Source of the DNA: Anthoceros angustus
Taxonomy: Eukaryota; Plantae; Anthocerotophyta
Direction of reading: 5' to 3'
Assembly: GCA_010909165.1 (NCBI GenBank)
Contig: VJWM01000288.1
Span: forward strand, 62,001 to 126,000
Length of the DNA: 64,000 nucleotides
The translations under genes and the position numbers were made by a program. This document shows, piece by piece, positions 11,101 through 26,109 of this stretch; within the stretch, counting starts at the first letter, position 1, and each line of letters begins with the position of its first letter. The notes under the pieces are model-generated. The model did not search any database. It was not told the DNA's origin and worked only from the letters and a program-made list of their open reading frames with translations.

Positions 11101-14100
11101 CACTTTGTGGCTGTCGGTGAAGGGTTATTGAAGTCCAACCGAGCGGGAGGAACATGAACAGCATTCAGTATTATAGGAGCATATCGGAAACAAGCTACTG
11201 CATTGCCGAACCTGCATTGGTCACCACCACCAATCATCAGCATTTGCAACGATGACAAAGGCAGAGCACATCTGACAGGCTATGTTCAGATGTGCTGTGT
11301 AACTGCACCCGAAGTGTCCTACCCATAGAATCGGAGGCAGTCCCTGTGCAAAGAGTGCCCACAGGCAGCAACCCGGCTTGCTGCTGCATGATTTGAGAAG
11401 CTCAGCTCCAAAAACTTCCCAAAGGAAAGGCCCCATGCAGCATCTGACATGACTCTGCTGCGTCCAGCAGGAGGCAATCCATCAACTCTTGGACACTTTA
11501 AGCAACGGTGCCACATCCATATTTTTCCTTCAGTCTCCCCTGGTAGCGCAGGCTTGTTTTGAAATCGCCGAACAGAGATAGTTAAGCTGCCCTGACGATG
11601 AGTAAAACAATGGATATGCGCATCAAGTGGCTCCTCACAAGATTGACAGTTACTCTGCATTCACATGAAAAGAACACTGAAATCAACAAGCTGAAACATT
11701 TTCAAAGCCTTCACTGTGTTGATGGCTATTGACAGCCAAAAAGACAGTTTGCCAGACAGAACGTACCGTATCAAACAAAGACTCGCGTAAATATCGTCCC
11801 AATGGCTTATCGCTGTTCCCATAGTACTTAATCCGGAAAAGGTGAGCCCGTTCGCATACAGTCCCCTTTTGAAGACACCGGCTAGACATTGAAACCAAAA
11901 TACTTTGATGATCAGACGGAGAGGGAGGAAAATCCTCCTTGCCGTCTTGGTCCTCCACCTGCCAGTTACTTGCGGGATCCATCTGAGGTATCTGCTCATC
12001 ATGGGAAACCAAGGCGTGCTCACCGCTAATACCATTGGATACAGATATCTGGTCTACAATACTTGCAGAATGATATGGAAAATGGGATCCATCGCTGACA
12101 ATTGAAGTACCATAACTACCATTAGCCAGACTGGAAACTAGTGCTTCAGATCTAGGCATCCCAGAGCCCTGCGATATAACAGTCACAGCCAATGGCAAGT
12201 GCCCATTCTCCTGAGGAATCTGTCGCAACGAAGCGGACAAACCAGAGACACCATGGCTGGGTTGTCTAGGCAGGGATCCAGTTCGGATGCCATTATTGTT
12301 ACTGTGAATCCCAGCAGAAGAAATTGTTGTGACAGCTGTTTTGATGACTGTTGAGCTAAAACCGATAGTTGTATGAGCAGGACTTGTACCCGGGGTGTTC
12401 ACCACTGAAGAGATTTGAGAAGATGCTGCAGAAGGAAGAACAGTACTCCACGTGGACGCTGTGCCAGGAAAGCCTTGTGGAAGCGGTGAAACTGACATGC
12501 TGCTCACTGAAGCCATACTTCGTGAGTGATCATCAGCAGTTGGAGTCTGCAAAGTGAACCCCGGCACCGAAGATATGGACCTGTCTGCAGCACCCTGGGT
12601 ATTTGGGAGAGCAACACTGACCGCTTGATTGAAGGCACAGTCTGGAAGGGTGGCACCTTCATCAGCCAAGAATGACGTCTCTAAGGCCAAGTGATAGGCT
12701 GCAAAAACTGCATACTGCACAACAGCTTTGACTTTCTTCAGTACATCTCCATTGGCTCCTTGAAGCAAGACCTAAAGAGGAGACAGAGGTGAAGACACGC
12801 TTAGCTGACTTGAAAAATCGAGAAGGAACACTACCTGGCTACAGTGACTGAACCACAAGAGAAGTGGCTCCACTTACTGTGCAACCAACTGGCCTGGGAC
12901 ACTCCTCAAAGAACATTAAAGTCTTTGACTTCTTCTCTCCTGCACATCCAGCACTCCCAAGCTCCTCGACGTATTTCTCAACATGGAACCACTCACAATG
13001 CCCGCAGTGTCCAGCTTTGGGTATATTGAGGCTCTCACATGACTGGAAAATCTGCGAACCAGTGCATCTTGCAATGCGGTCCATAACACATTTTTTGACG
13101 TTCAAAACTAGCGATATATCTTTGTTGAGAAGAAGCGTCTGGGCATGTCCTGATACGGTTTTCTCCACAAGAAGAACATTCGGGTGATGTTGCTCTATCC
13201 TATCAACCGTCATCTTGATATGGGCAATTTCCTGCACAAACAGAAAGGTGTCAACATCTGACTGCACACTTGTATTACAAATGGTGCACCCTAGGCCAAA
13301 GGATGTCAGTTTTCCAAAAAAAAACAGAAAAAGACAAAGAAAACCTGTTGCAGAAGCGTTTCTATTGATGAGAGCTGATTGGAAACGCGCTGGTATTCAA
13401 GGGCACCACCCAGCAAAAGAATTCTTGGATTCTTGTATCGTGATGACATACGCTTGTTATGCACGTTTTTCTTGCACACAACACCTTTGACAACAAAGCT
13501 GCAGGAATGAAAAAAGTAACAAGCAAAGGGGTCAATACCACTGACGCATAATGTCACAGGTTAGAACAGGAAACAAGGCAAGACGAGAAAAACGAGAGGG
13601 AAAACGTGCACTTAATTCCATGAGACAAGTGCAATTAGCCGACCTGTCCCGCCTATGTCCAGAAGCTAGACATTTCACTTTGACATAGTTTCCAGGATCC
13701 ATTGCTCCACCTCCCTTGTCAGGTTTGACAAGACTGGCCGCTTCCATGGACAGTGAAGAAACAATGGAAAGCCAGCTGTCAGGATCGACTTCCTCCTCTG
13801 GCACCTCAAGACCTGCTCCCTCAAGCAGCTTTGCAACCAGAGCTCTGAAATGGCCACCAACAAGACTTCGCAATGCTGCCTTCTCTTTGACTTTAAACTC
13901 GCTGCTACTGACACTGCCCTCCGACGGAGGTAACCCCCAACCACCCTCATCATCCTCGTCTTCAACATCCTCTTCGTCGACCATATTAGTATCTTCCTCT
14001 TCAGGCGGTGGCGGATCCCAGAGAAGGGCATTGTTCTCAAAGTCGACGGGTTTCAGCCCCTCGCTATTGTAGACCTCGTACAAGCCTGGCTGCTGGGGAG

Positions 14101-14987
14101 GATCACCAGACAGCAGTTGAGGCTCTCCACTTTTTCTAGAACCATCCTCACTCCTTGAGACTCTACCCTCTCCATCGTCTGGAGGCAGAGGGCTGCCATC
14201 AAAGCTCTGAGAGGAATTGAACTTGTCGGAATGACTTGTGTGCTGGTTATCAGTGAGCTCTAGGTCTATCACACTGTCATCTTCAAACTCCTCCCCTTGA
14301 AGCCTACTAAGGTCGGCCAGCCGTGAGTAACGTGCATGATCATCATAATCATTATCCTTGTTAAAGAAATCGTCTTCATCGTCACTTCTGCATACGTAGC
14401 CGAAACAGAAGGATCCCGTTCAGGCACCTCACACCACCAGTGAAGCAAGCAGTGCAGAAAGCAGCTAGACAGCGCAGGGACGAAAACGTCACAACTCACC
14501 GGTTGCCATAAGTCGTAGGCGGGCTGGAGGGCTGATAGTCCACCTTAACCGAGCGCTGAGCCATGGTCAAGTGGGCAGAGACACCATCCAAATCAAGGTC
14601 CACCTCCTCGGAGGCGATGGCTGTCATCGGAGGATCCTGAGAGTCGGCATGAAGCTGGGGAAGGTCACCTGCATCGGCACTGTCCTGCGTGAACACCTTG
14701 TAGCAGTAATTGCAGACCCGCACTCGGTGTTCGGCCCCCTCCTCATCAGCACCGTTGGCGTCGGGAACAGGTATGGTATTCACAGAGCAATTTCCACAGA
14801 AAACCTTGCCGCATCTGCGACAGTGATGGCGGCGATTGAAGATGGTGAACGCAACCTCGCACTCGTAGCACAGGCGGCAATTCCGATCGGGCATCCAAAA
14901 CTCACGGGCCGAAGGCTCTGGCTTGTGCGGAATCCATGCGCGAATGCGTTCGAACAGGTCGCTGAAGACATTTACCGAGGCCTCCAT
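8154..14987 (-). CDS. FAB1: 1-phosphatidylinositol-3-phosphate 5-kinase FAB1/PIKfyve (multi-exon; span given)
   Basis: FYVE ([27 protein letters not shown]), Cpn60/TCP1-like ([25 protein letters not shown]), CCR ([17 protein letters not shown]) and PIPK ([44 protein letters not shown]) appear in order. ATG at 14987, TAG at 8154-8156. Confidence 0.97.
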
Positions 14988-15379
14988 CTACCGTCATACC
15001 TACGCCTCCGCAGATGATGCAGCTGACAAAGCTACACCACCAGCCGTCCCAATTGCGCTGCCTTGCGCCGCGCGTCCCAATTCCGGCTTCCCTTCCCCTC
15101 TCCACCTCCGGCAACGCCCTACCCAGTACACACACCTCCCTCCGAATTGCGCCTCAGGGATGCTTATTCTCAGAGCCCCGGTCTCCCAGATCCGCAATTC
15201 CACTCCCAATCCAATTCCCTTTTTCTCCAGGCACGAGAAGCCGGACGTCGTCGTCCTCCTCCTCCCCTCCCTACATCCACAACCCGGAAGCTGCAAGATC
15301 CCTCCTGCGGGTCCAGCAGCTGGCGCCCGCTCCCGAGCTCAGATTGATGCAAGAATTGGATGCTCGATGCTCGAGGGCG

Positions 15380-15550
15380 GCAGGGCAGGGCAGGGCAGGG
15401 CAGGGCAGGGCACACAAACGGGGAGCGGGCGGAGGCAGGAGCGGAGTGGATGCGGGGCCGAGGGCGCAGGCGCAGAGGCGGCAGCGGCAGCCGGGACAGG
15501 GCGCAGGCTCCAGGCTCCAGGCTCCCGGCTCCAGGCTCAGGCGCAGACTC
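15380..15550. repeat. GC-rich simple repeats (GGGCA)n and (CAGGCTC)n in the probable FAB1 5' leader/promoter
   Basis: Visible GGGCA and CAGGCTC runs. They explain the many overlapping spurious ORFs at 14.9-15.8 kb. Confidence 0.75.
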
Positions 15551-16214
15551 GGGCTCGGGCGCAGAGAGAGGTGTGGGCCGCGGACCCTGGGCGCAGCAGC
15601 AGGGTGGTGGAAGGGGGAAGCGAGCAAGAAAGGGCATCCGCCATGTCCATGCGGTGGGCGCAAGCCCAGTATGCCTGCTTCCGTGGCACTTCTTCAAACT
15701 CTCTCTTTCCCCTTCGCTTGGCTTTGCTTTTGGATGTATTCGTACTGTATTGAGATCAAGGTAAACAGTACTGTACAAGTGGTAAAACCCTAGCTTCCGG
15801 GAACATATTTAGAGTGTTTCCTTCTCGGGAACCAAAAACCGCTTGTTTTGCAACCTCCAGCATCTACAAATCGTTGCTTCTGCCGCCTAATACGCCCATC
15901 GCACACCGCAGTTTGACATTTGCCTCCCCAGTTACATACGTTCCCCGACGCCCCACTTGTTTGTTTAGGTCTCGCCATCCAAAACCGTTATTACTCTCCC
16001 TCTACAACATATCTCGATCGTTACAAACAGGTGGGGCGGGATATATTTCTCATGTGGAGGTCTCACCAGGAAAAGAAAATCAGATGCTTTCCAAGGACGG
16101 ATGGATTAGTGATCATTTTTCAAATTATATATATATATATCATGTAAATCATGGTAAAATATTAAAATAAATTATTTCAATATTGAACTCTCTAAATAAT
16201 CCCATCTCTTGATT

Positions 16215-16839
16215 GACTGACAAGTTCATAGGTCTCTTTCATTTTCACTCAAAAAAGGAACAAGTTCATATGACCGGTGAGATTGCGTACAAGGAATAGC
16301 ATACCTATTCATGTTGTCGTGAAACTTTTATGCGAGTATGTTCACGTGGGGGGTCGTGAAACTTTGTGCGAGTATGTTCACGTGGGGGGTCGTGAAACTT
16401 TCTGCGAATATGCTCAAGTGGGTCGCAGTACTCGTTTGATTGTCGCACTTCTGTGGTTATGGTATGTACTATACAATTCAGATGTCTCTTTCTCGATAGT
16501 GGAGTAGAGCGGTGGTGTTTCATATATGTCTTGTGCAATTTGGATTTGTCTTTCTCGGTAGTGGGAGTAGGGAGATGGTGTTTTCATGTATGTACTATAC
16601 AAGTCCGGATTTGTCTTTCTCGATAGTGGAGTAGGTATATACTGTACAATTTTGGATTTGCCTTTCTCGGTAGTGGAGTAGGGCGGTGGAATTCCACGTG
16701 AATGTGCCAGAGATAAGTACCATGGAAGTGTCACATTTAGTACATACACATGTGACCTTCTGACTTGGGTCGTAGAGTGACCTATGTACATATGACAGAT
16801 GTGCTATTTTACGTCTAGATACATATGAACTTGACAGTC
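16215..16839. mobile_element. Possible non-autonomous element bounded by a 16-bp inverted repeat, with internal tandem repeats
   Basis: GACTGACAAGTTCATA (16215) versus TATGAACTTGACAGTC (16824-16839), 1 mismatch. Internal 36-37 bp repeats contain CACGTG, and TTTCTCG(A/G)TAGTGG(G)AGTAG occurs 4 times. No TSD found. Confidence 0.4.
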
Positions 16840-18089
16840 CACTTGGTGGATGTTCGTGCCGAGATCAATAATGCATCCACCATCAAGTGGATGTTCGTGC
16901 CAAGATCAATAATGCATCCTCCGTCATAACAAGATACCAATGAGTATATGGTGTCTTCACTATTGGACCAAAGTACAATCATGGTGCATTCACCATGGAA
17001 GTGAGGTACAATTTAGTAGTGTGTTTGAAGTATGGACATGCAATATTGCATTCATCAAACTACTAAGTGTATACAATCAACCTACAAAAAATAGAGAAAA
17101 AAAAAGAAAGGAAAAGACCTAGGATATAAATAATAGAGGAATGACAACAAGGGATAACTAGAACATCCATCCATATGAGCACAAAAATATCCCTTACAAG
17201 CAAAATCGCACAAAACCATAATCACAAATAACCAAAATCCCACCAAACCAAAAGCGCACCAAACCTAAGTCGCACCCCGACAAGCCAATCCATTTCAAGA
17301 AATATTCAGTATTACAATCAAACGCTTGAAAAGCTGCAATCAACCCATCCCACAGCCTCGCTGCAAGGAGAGCAATACTAAAGCTTAAACCTTCTAGTTC
17401 AAAACTAGAAAAAGATTATAATAAATTTTCCAGATATGGTACATAATCTGAGCAACTACCAAACACCTAGAGAGAACAACCATGGAATACGGGCGAAAGC
17501 GGCTGGAACTAGCGAAAAGCGCAAAGGGGTTTTGACGACCTAAGAAGCTGATGAGGGCCCTATGAAGCCGTGTGACGGTTGGCAAAATAACGGCATCTTT
17601 TACTGGCGGTTGTTGATCACGACTTAGAGCCTACCCTATCCCCAAGGCAGCGACGAAAACGAGCCAATCACCATATACATAATCCGGCGATAGAACCTAC
17701 CCGTTGAAAAGATCCCAACGTCGGGCTGCCGGCAGGCTGATCTCAAAGAGCATGACAAAAGTTGCGGTTGCAACTGTGGACCCGGCAACAGTCAGAACGC
17801 TGGTGGAGACCGCACTACGAGGCCACGAATGCGAACAGTCGTCACAGCTCCACTCCACTGCGCCGCCTCCATCAAAGGCACAAAATTAGAACTCTGCTAC
17901 GTCTAAGCATCGATACATACAACACAGTCCCCTCCCACGGCCCACCGCATCTACCCATTTGGCTGAGCATGTACCCCACCATAACAGTTGGAATCCGCAA
18001 ACAGGAGACAAGGCATCAAAATATGACCTCAAAGTGCTTGCAAGCTAGTTTGCATCCTAGGATACGTCTGTGGTACACGGGGGGGGGAC

Positions 18090-19574
<1,485 letters not shown>

Positions 19575-21114
19575 TTCAACCGGCCCCAACAAAGATGGAA
19601 TTTGAACAAGCGTTTCCCGCCGGCATCGACTCTCAAACAGTCCTAAATTCACAGCAGGTATCACTGCAACTCCTGCAGCCTGGGCCCTAAAACTAATCTA
19701 TTTACATGTCAGCCATCATCGCCCATCTCCACACCCGCTAGCCACAATCTACCGTGAGGCCCCTTCTTGACATGTATCCTTCCATACAGCGTATCGCTCA
19801 TCCCGAGGCATGTCATTTATGGAAACGTTTATCCTTAAACGTTATATACATACCAGATCGCCAAATAAGCCTTTACCATATATGTGAACTACAAGAGCTG
19901 CTGCTTGGATTGGATCACGCGGAGGAGAGCAGGAAATGAAGCCACATGGCAAGATCGTGCATTGATTTTCGAAGAGCTTAGGTCCACCTTTGACGTCAAT
20001 GTCAAATCAAAGTCCCATTAAGCTTACACATTAGCAGAAGTGAGACCTTCGATGGGCAAACCTAGGAAGCTTGGGACACGGCGACATCGAGAACCAGCAG
20101 CAGCTATGACAAAAACAATTGCTCTATGTACATTGGGTTTTAGCAGTGAACATTGTCATACCATCCTGAACCACTGGAACGGGATAAGTGCCTAGGATTT
20201 TGCACGCTGGTACACTATCCAGGTCATGCCAAGACAGTGTACCAGCAAATGCACAAAATACTGGGTACTTATCAGACAACCGTGTTGGAAATCGGCTTTG
20301 GGAGTTCAACTTTCAGACAGAAACAAATCCGCAGCATTCCCAGCCATTCGACATGCCAGATAGCCAATGCCACTTCCCCCTGACAGACTAGACACTCACC
20401 ATGGAAAGGTCCCCTTCCGCTGAATAAAGTGCAAGGATCAGTGCAAGGATGAGGTCTCATCGCAGTGTTCAGAGCCTAAGCCCCCAGGATCTCACAAGTG
20501 CAAGAAAGTGGGGGCTCGGCATTCACTCCTCAAGGTACTCATGCTTGTCATCATGTCTCTGCATCCAGTCGCACCTAGCAGCCCAAGTTACATAATCTCC
20601 CAAACCCCGTTCCCACAAGCTTACAGAAGACGGCTCAGATCAAGTGTAAATAGATCACTCATGGAAGGCAATAACAGCATGTGCCAGGGCACCCTCTCGG
20701 ATACCTACCGGCACAGACCAAACCTCGAGTGTCCTTCCTCGTTCCAATCCTCGCCGAAACATATCAAAACAACCCTCGACAGCACGAATAAGTACTGGAC
20801 TACGAGAGACAGCTTAACGAAGGGGCAACGTGGTCAGTCCAGGATTCTCGGTTACCACGGAATACCAGGCCCACAGCACTCAAGGAGCAGAACCAAAGAA
20901 GGCAATCCCTGTCGGCCAAACTCACGCCAATGCACGCTCACCTTCTCATCAACCTAGACGCTGCAAAACTGCGTACTTCGACACAGCTCAACAAGAAACT
21001 CTAGAGCCAGTCCGCGTATGTGGACAGAACTCGAGAATCTGGCCAGCCTGAGTAGAACGCTGGCATGCTCCAGACACGGAGACCAGTCCCCAAGGCTTGA
21101 GAAAGCGCTCAATT

Positions 21115-21240
21115 ATGGGCTATGCTCCATGACTGTGCAATTCAGACGCCACTCTTCACTTCTTCTTCTTGAATAACTGGTGTGGGGTATTTCATAGTTC
21201 AGCAGCACTCCTTCTGCCACCCAGTGAACCCTAAACCTAA
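21115..21240 (+). promoter_or_regulatory. RPS19 upstream region with site-II-like TGGGCT and telo-box-like AACCCTAAA motifs
   Basis: TGGGCT near 21116 and AACCCTAAACCTAA near 21228. Site II plus telo-box is an established signature of plant ribosomal-protein promoters. Confidence 0.45.
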
Positions 21241-21305
21241 CTTATATATATTTTCGTCCCTCCACTCGGAATCTCTTTTAGCGCACAACTCTTCCAGACC
21301 CAGCC

Positions 21306-22072
21306 ATGGCGGCTACTGCGAAGACGGTGAAGGATGTGCCATCGCACGAATTTGTGCGCGCCTACGCTGCGCACCTGAAGAAATCCGGCAAGGTATGCTG
21401 TGTTCTGTTGACGCGATTCCGCAGCTGGAGTGATTGGTGACAGCTGGGGTGGGTTCGTTCTGACTCCTTGCTGCGTCGTACAGATCAACGTCCCAGCTTG
21501 GGTAGATATCGTGAAGACAGCAACCTTCAAGGAGCTGGCACCATATGACCCTGATTGGTATTACATCAGGACGGGTACGTTGACGTTGTTCAGCCCGAGT
21601 CAGGAGGCATGTTGAAGGGATTCATACTTGTTGAATGAAAGCAGTATGTTGATTTCTTGGAGGCCTGTGCTTCCCCTGAATCCTGTTGTCTAACTCTGGA
21701 TGGGGTGGTGCTGATCTGAACAGCTTCCATGGCCAGGAAGATCTACCTTCGACATGGCATTGGATTGGGTGCTTTCCGCAAGATTTATGGAGGTCGCAAG
21801 AGCAACGGTGTAAGACCCTCGCACTTCGCCAAGAGCAGCGGGGCCATTGCAAGGAGTGTGTTGAAGCAGCTGGAGACCCTTGATATTATTAACAAGGACC
21901 CGAAAGGGTTAGTCTCTGTTCATCCTTTTCGGTAACCGTGCATGCTGTTAGCTTGCTTTTCAAAAGCGTCTGATGTCGGTGTTTTCTTCCCCGCAGAGGA
22001 AGGCGTATTACATCGAGCGGACAACGGGACCTCGACCAAGTCGCAGGCCGCATCGCCGTGGCTCCCGCCTGA
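21306..22072 (+). CDS. RPS19: 40S ribosomal protein S19 (eS19), 4 exons
   Basis: [29 protein letters not shown] / [29 protein letters not shown] / [27 protein letters not shown] / [23 protein letters not shown] introns; TGA at 22070-22072. Confidence 0.98.
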
Positions 22073-22673
22073 GAATCGTTTACGAATTACTTCTATGGGA
22101 ATTTTGCCTGCGACTCTCTGTACCCAGCTCTGAATTAGGTTGAGGATGAGTAGGCAGTTAGTGGAACGAGGTTTCGGTTTGACGATACAACTACTCTCGG
22201 GGTGGTCTCTCCTGCGGACCTCACGAGCTGCCAGTTTCTGGAAGTAAACATGATTTTTGGGGAGTTGACGAGGGTTGGGAGTGTACAAGCAGGGCCTTCA
22301 GACCTCGTAAAGAATCGATGGCGAGATCACAACCTGGGGGGCTGGCAGTTGGAGGACGTGACATGCCTATCAACCCAGGGAGGTATCAGCAAACACCAGG
22401 GGCGTGGTGGTGGATGAAGCCGAGAGCTTGTCGCAGCGGGAAAGGCAGAAGTCCTGACTGCGGCTACGACAATTAAGGAGAGCTAATTGTTGGTCTTTGT
22501 TTCAGCGGGTCAGTTCTAAGAGTTCTGATTCGACGTGTTGCGCATTATCACAAGTACACAAACCTCGCCCTCGTTTCGCCCGTCGCTGGCGCGTCACACA
22601 GAAAACAGAAAATTCGCCTTGAACTCTCTGCGAACGCTACGCTGTTGTGTCAGGTGAAGGACGGGAGAAGGTA

Positions 22674-23195
22674 CAGTCGGCCCCCCCTAATTGGGAATTC
22701 TATAAATGGGATTCCTCTCTAAATGGGACCTCCCATCCTACTCCCTTTAGTTTATAATGTAACAAATGGGACTTTTCCTAAATGATAATTGGGACCTTTT
22801 GAAGCATACATTCATGTTAGTTTCACCTCCTAAATGGGATTTCTCATTTTTTTACTAAAAATCTAAAAAGAAAAAGAATCCATTATTTCAGAGCTTTATA
22901 GACTTTTAGGTGTGATTGAAGACTCTTAAGCTAAGCTTTTCCTTTATGATAGGTAGAGGTTTTTGATGCTTAGAGAGAGTGCTAGCTTTCAAACAACTAT
23001 ATAAAGAACTGGTAAAAGTTATTTTAGTGAAACCTATCAATCAAAATTTAAATTTTCTTTTTGGGTATTTTTTGATTTGTTTTAAAGTTTATAACATTTT
23101 ATTATTTTTAAATAGGGAAAATACAATCGGGACACCTCCCTTAATGGGACCTCTAAAGGCACTCCGAACCAGTCCCAATTAGGGGGGGTGGACTG
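22674..23195. mobile_element. Tc1/mariner (pogo-like) MITE, 522 bp
   Basis: TA|CAGTCGGCCCCCCCTAATTGGGA ... TCCCAATTAGGGGGGGTGGACTG|TA: 23-bp TIR with 2 mismatches and a TA target duplication. AT-rich interior with AAATGGGA subterminal repeats. Confidence 0.88.
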
Positions 23196-23764
23196 TAGTT
23201 TGCTTATCAGATATCGTTGATGGACTTTTTACCACTGAGGCAAACAGCCACACAGGGGTGGGTTGTGTCTGCAAGTTGTCATTATTTTGGAGAGGGTCCA
23301 CGAGGAACCAGTTGGCCTATTCGTACGACATCCTTACGCCGCTGGAAGACGTTTTTCTTAATATCCACGTTTTTGTAAGGCATTTGCACATAGGTACCTA
23401 CTCATTGGACCAGGGGTCGAATTTCGGTAGTAGGCATGCCTTTGTCAAATAAGTTTCTAGTAAGAAAACCATTTACGACACAAATCCCAATGGAGGAAGG
23501 TGAACAATCTATCAGACTCCCTCTCGCAGAGCTGGTCCTGATCAACACTAGATATGCTCAAGCGTTGGTCAGTTCTGGTTCTACCAAGTACCTAGTAGCA
23601 CTCTAGGCAACTGGGTACTTAGTTTGTCAATTTAACGTTCTAAACTCCTTGTGACTACGTAATCCAGGATTCTAATGTAGGCTAATTTACCAAGAGTTTT
23701 CAGGGCTCCAATCGCTGTAAAAATATAGGCCGAACCACTGGTTTCAGATAGTGGTTCACGTACA

Positions 23765-25503
23765 CTATGACGCATCGGGAGGACTCCTGCGACTGTTGGC
23801 ACTGCCGAATGCTGCCAACAGTCTGAGTAACTCGGTGACGGAGAACTCTATACGCTCCCCTGATGTGCCGCGTGTTTGGGCCTCAGTTGCTGCCCGCCTG
23901 GCGTTTTGGTACTCGAACGCGGCTACCTTGGACGTCCGGGACTTCCGAAACACAGTCTCGAAGTCCTCTTGTTTCAATGGCCTGGGTTCCTGCACACATG
24001 GAATACGCCAGATCAGTCCAGGAGATCAAGTCTCACCTCTCCGAACAATCTCGAGTTTTAAGAAGCCACTCACAAGTATCTGCACCCCTTCCCCGGCCTT
24101 TTTTTCATCTTCGAGGAGATCCCTTATAGGCAGGTAAGCAGCTTCCTTGCAAAGCTCTGTTAGATCCGAGCCACTATACCCTTCACACATTGCTGCGAGC
24201 CGATCGATGTCAATTTGCTCCTCAACGTCTTCGTCCTTCAGGATGACTTTTAATATGCTGGCCCGCTGTTTCAGGTCCGGCAATCCAACCTCAAAAGCTC
24301 TTGGCAGGCGCCTCAAAATAGCTTCGTCCAGCTCCCAGGGTCTATTGGTGGCAGCCAGTACCATGACACGGGCATTCTCTGGATAACACAAAGCAGACAA
24401 AATTACAAACAAACCTGAAGTATCCACTTCAAAACAGCAAAAAATCTGCAGGCTACAGAATTGACTTTGCCTGGGGTAAAGAAATCAGAAACCCTGCTCC
24501 ACAGCGCAGCAACAGAACTTACGGTCTGTAGTAAAACCATCCCATAAAGCCATGAACTCAGTCTTCATATTTGTCAGGGCCTCATGCTCAGTGACTTGAC
24601 GCTGCCCGAGAAAGCTGTCAACTTCGTCGATGAATATGATAGCAGGTTGGAGCTTGCCAGCAAGGGTGAAAACTGCTGTAACTGCAATGTGGATGCACAC
24701 GCATGTTAAGTCCTAGCTGCCTCGACAAACCAAATCGCACTTGGCTGCAACAGACTACTCGCCCAAAGCCAAGCAAGCAATAAACACACCCAAAATTCAG
24801 ACAGGACATTGAGCCTACAGCTCTCCATACCTAACTTTTGCGAATCCCCGAACCACTTGCTCATAAGAGTTGCGATGCGCACGTTGATAAACACAGCCTG
24901 AGACTCCTTGGCAATGGCCTTCGCCAGCAAAGTCTTGCCTGTTCCGGGCGGGCCGAAAAGCAAGACACCCTTCTGGGGCCTCAACAGCTTTCCATGCTCA
25001 AATAAATCAGGCCTTTGCAAGGGCAAAATCACCAATTCAATCAGAGATTGCTTTACAGACTCGAGCCCTCCGATAGAGTTAAACGTCACGTCGATATCCT
25101 CCGGATTGACGACATCACACGCAATCATATCCTGCAACAAATCGCATACCCACAATCAGCCAATGTGAAAAACGATTAAGCCCGGTCAGCTGCCGACATC
25201 ATCAGACACGCTGATACGAACGACGACAAAAAGCAGGCAGTCCAAAACCCCATCCCGCGTTGCCACCCAATTCTCTCCACCGTATTACAAGGGGATCACC
25301 TCATAGGTGTTGGTCTGTATCAGCGGCCGATTAAGCCTCTTAGCTATCTCCTTCTTGCGCTCTGCCGCCTTCTTGGCCTGGCCCCGGTTGGGATCCAAAT
25401 GGCGTAATCCCACGAAGAGCACCAGGCAACTCAGAGCTGCGCTAACGGCATAAAGAAACAATTCCTGCCCAATGGAAACCGCCCGCCTCCCGGCGGCCCC
25501 CAT
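23765..25503 (-). CDS. MSP1: MSP1/ATAD1-like membrane-anchored AAA+ ATPase, multi-exon
   Basis: N-terminal TM segment ([20 protein letters not shown]), [13 protein letters not shown], Walker A ([13 protein letters not shown]), Walker B ([16 protein letters not shown]), [10 protein letters not shown] and [18 protein letters not shown]. Confidence 0.93.
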
Positions 25504-26109
25504 TCCCGCTCTGCTTCCACTCACTCACGCAGACATGGAGAATGCAAAGCGCCATGAACAGATCATCCTGGAGCGTTGCGACGGGTTCCACCTACCCAGG
25601 ACCGACACCTAGCTGCGGGTCTCCAGACCCAGCCTGCCGCCAAGAACAAGAATCAATTCATGAGCTCCAAGCGAGACACGCAGGGGAGTGTGCAATGCTC
25701 AGCCAAACCCTACCAAACTCCCTGCCAAGAGGGTTTAGGGTTGAAGTAACCATGGCTTCGGCGAAGCATCCTCCTAGGGTCCTCCCTACACCCTACAAAG
25801 TACAGACCTATTGCACTCCACCCGTTGTAAGAACGTAAATTATGCCCCTCAAGATCGAGAGTTTCCCGACCTGGCCTACCTACTCTGTTGAATTTGCAAC
25901 GATTTAGATGAAACCCTTGATCGACATATAGGCAATTGGCACAAACATAAGACCGTATGTACCTAGTCGATAACTGGAAACCTGTATATCATAAGGTCAA
26001 GCAACGTGGGTATCTAACAGGTGAGAAGGAAAGGAATCGCTGGAAAGTAGAAGCAGGGGGGCTCAAGGGGAAGGCGAAACCAGGCAAGAGTCCCGAGTCA
26101 TTCTGCGCC

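Noticed and set aside
14900-15800. Several overlapping ORFs of 130-276 aa on both strands
   Set aside because: They arise from GC-rich simple repeats in the FAB1 leader/promoter; low complexity and no family motifs.
22160-22670. Possible snRNA/snoRNA or small gene downstream of RPS19
   Set aside because: I could not support any recognisable structured-RNA motif or conserved ORF.
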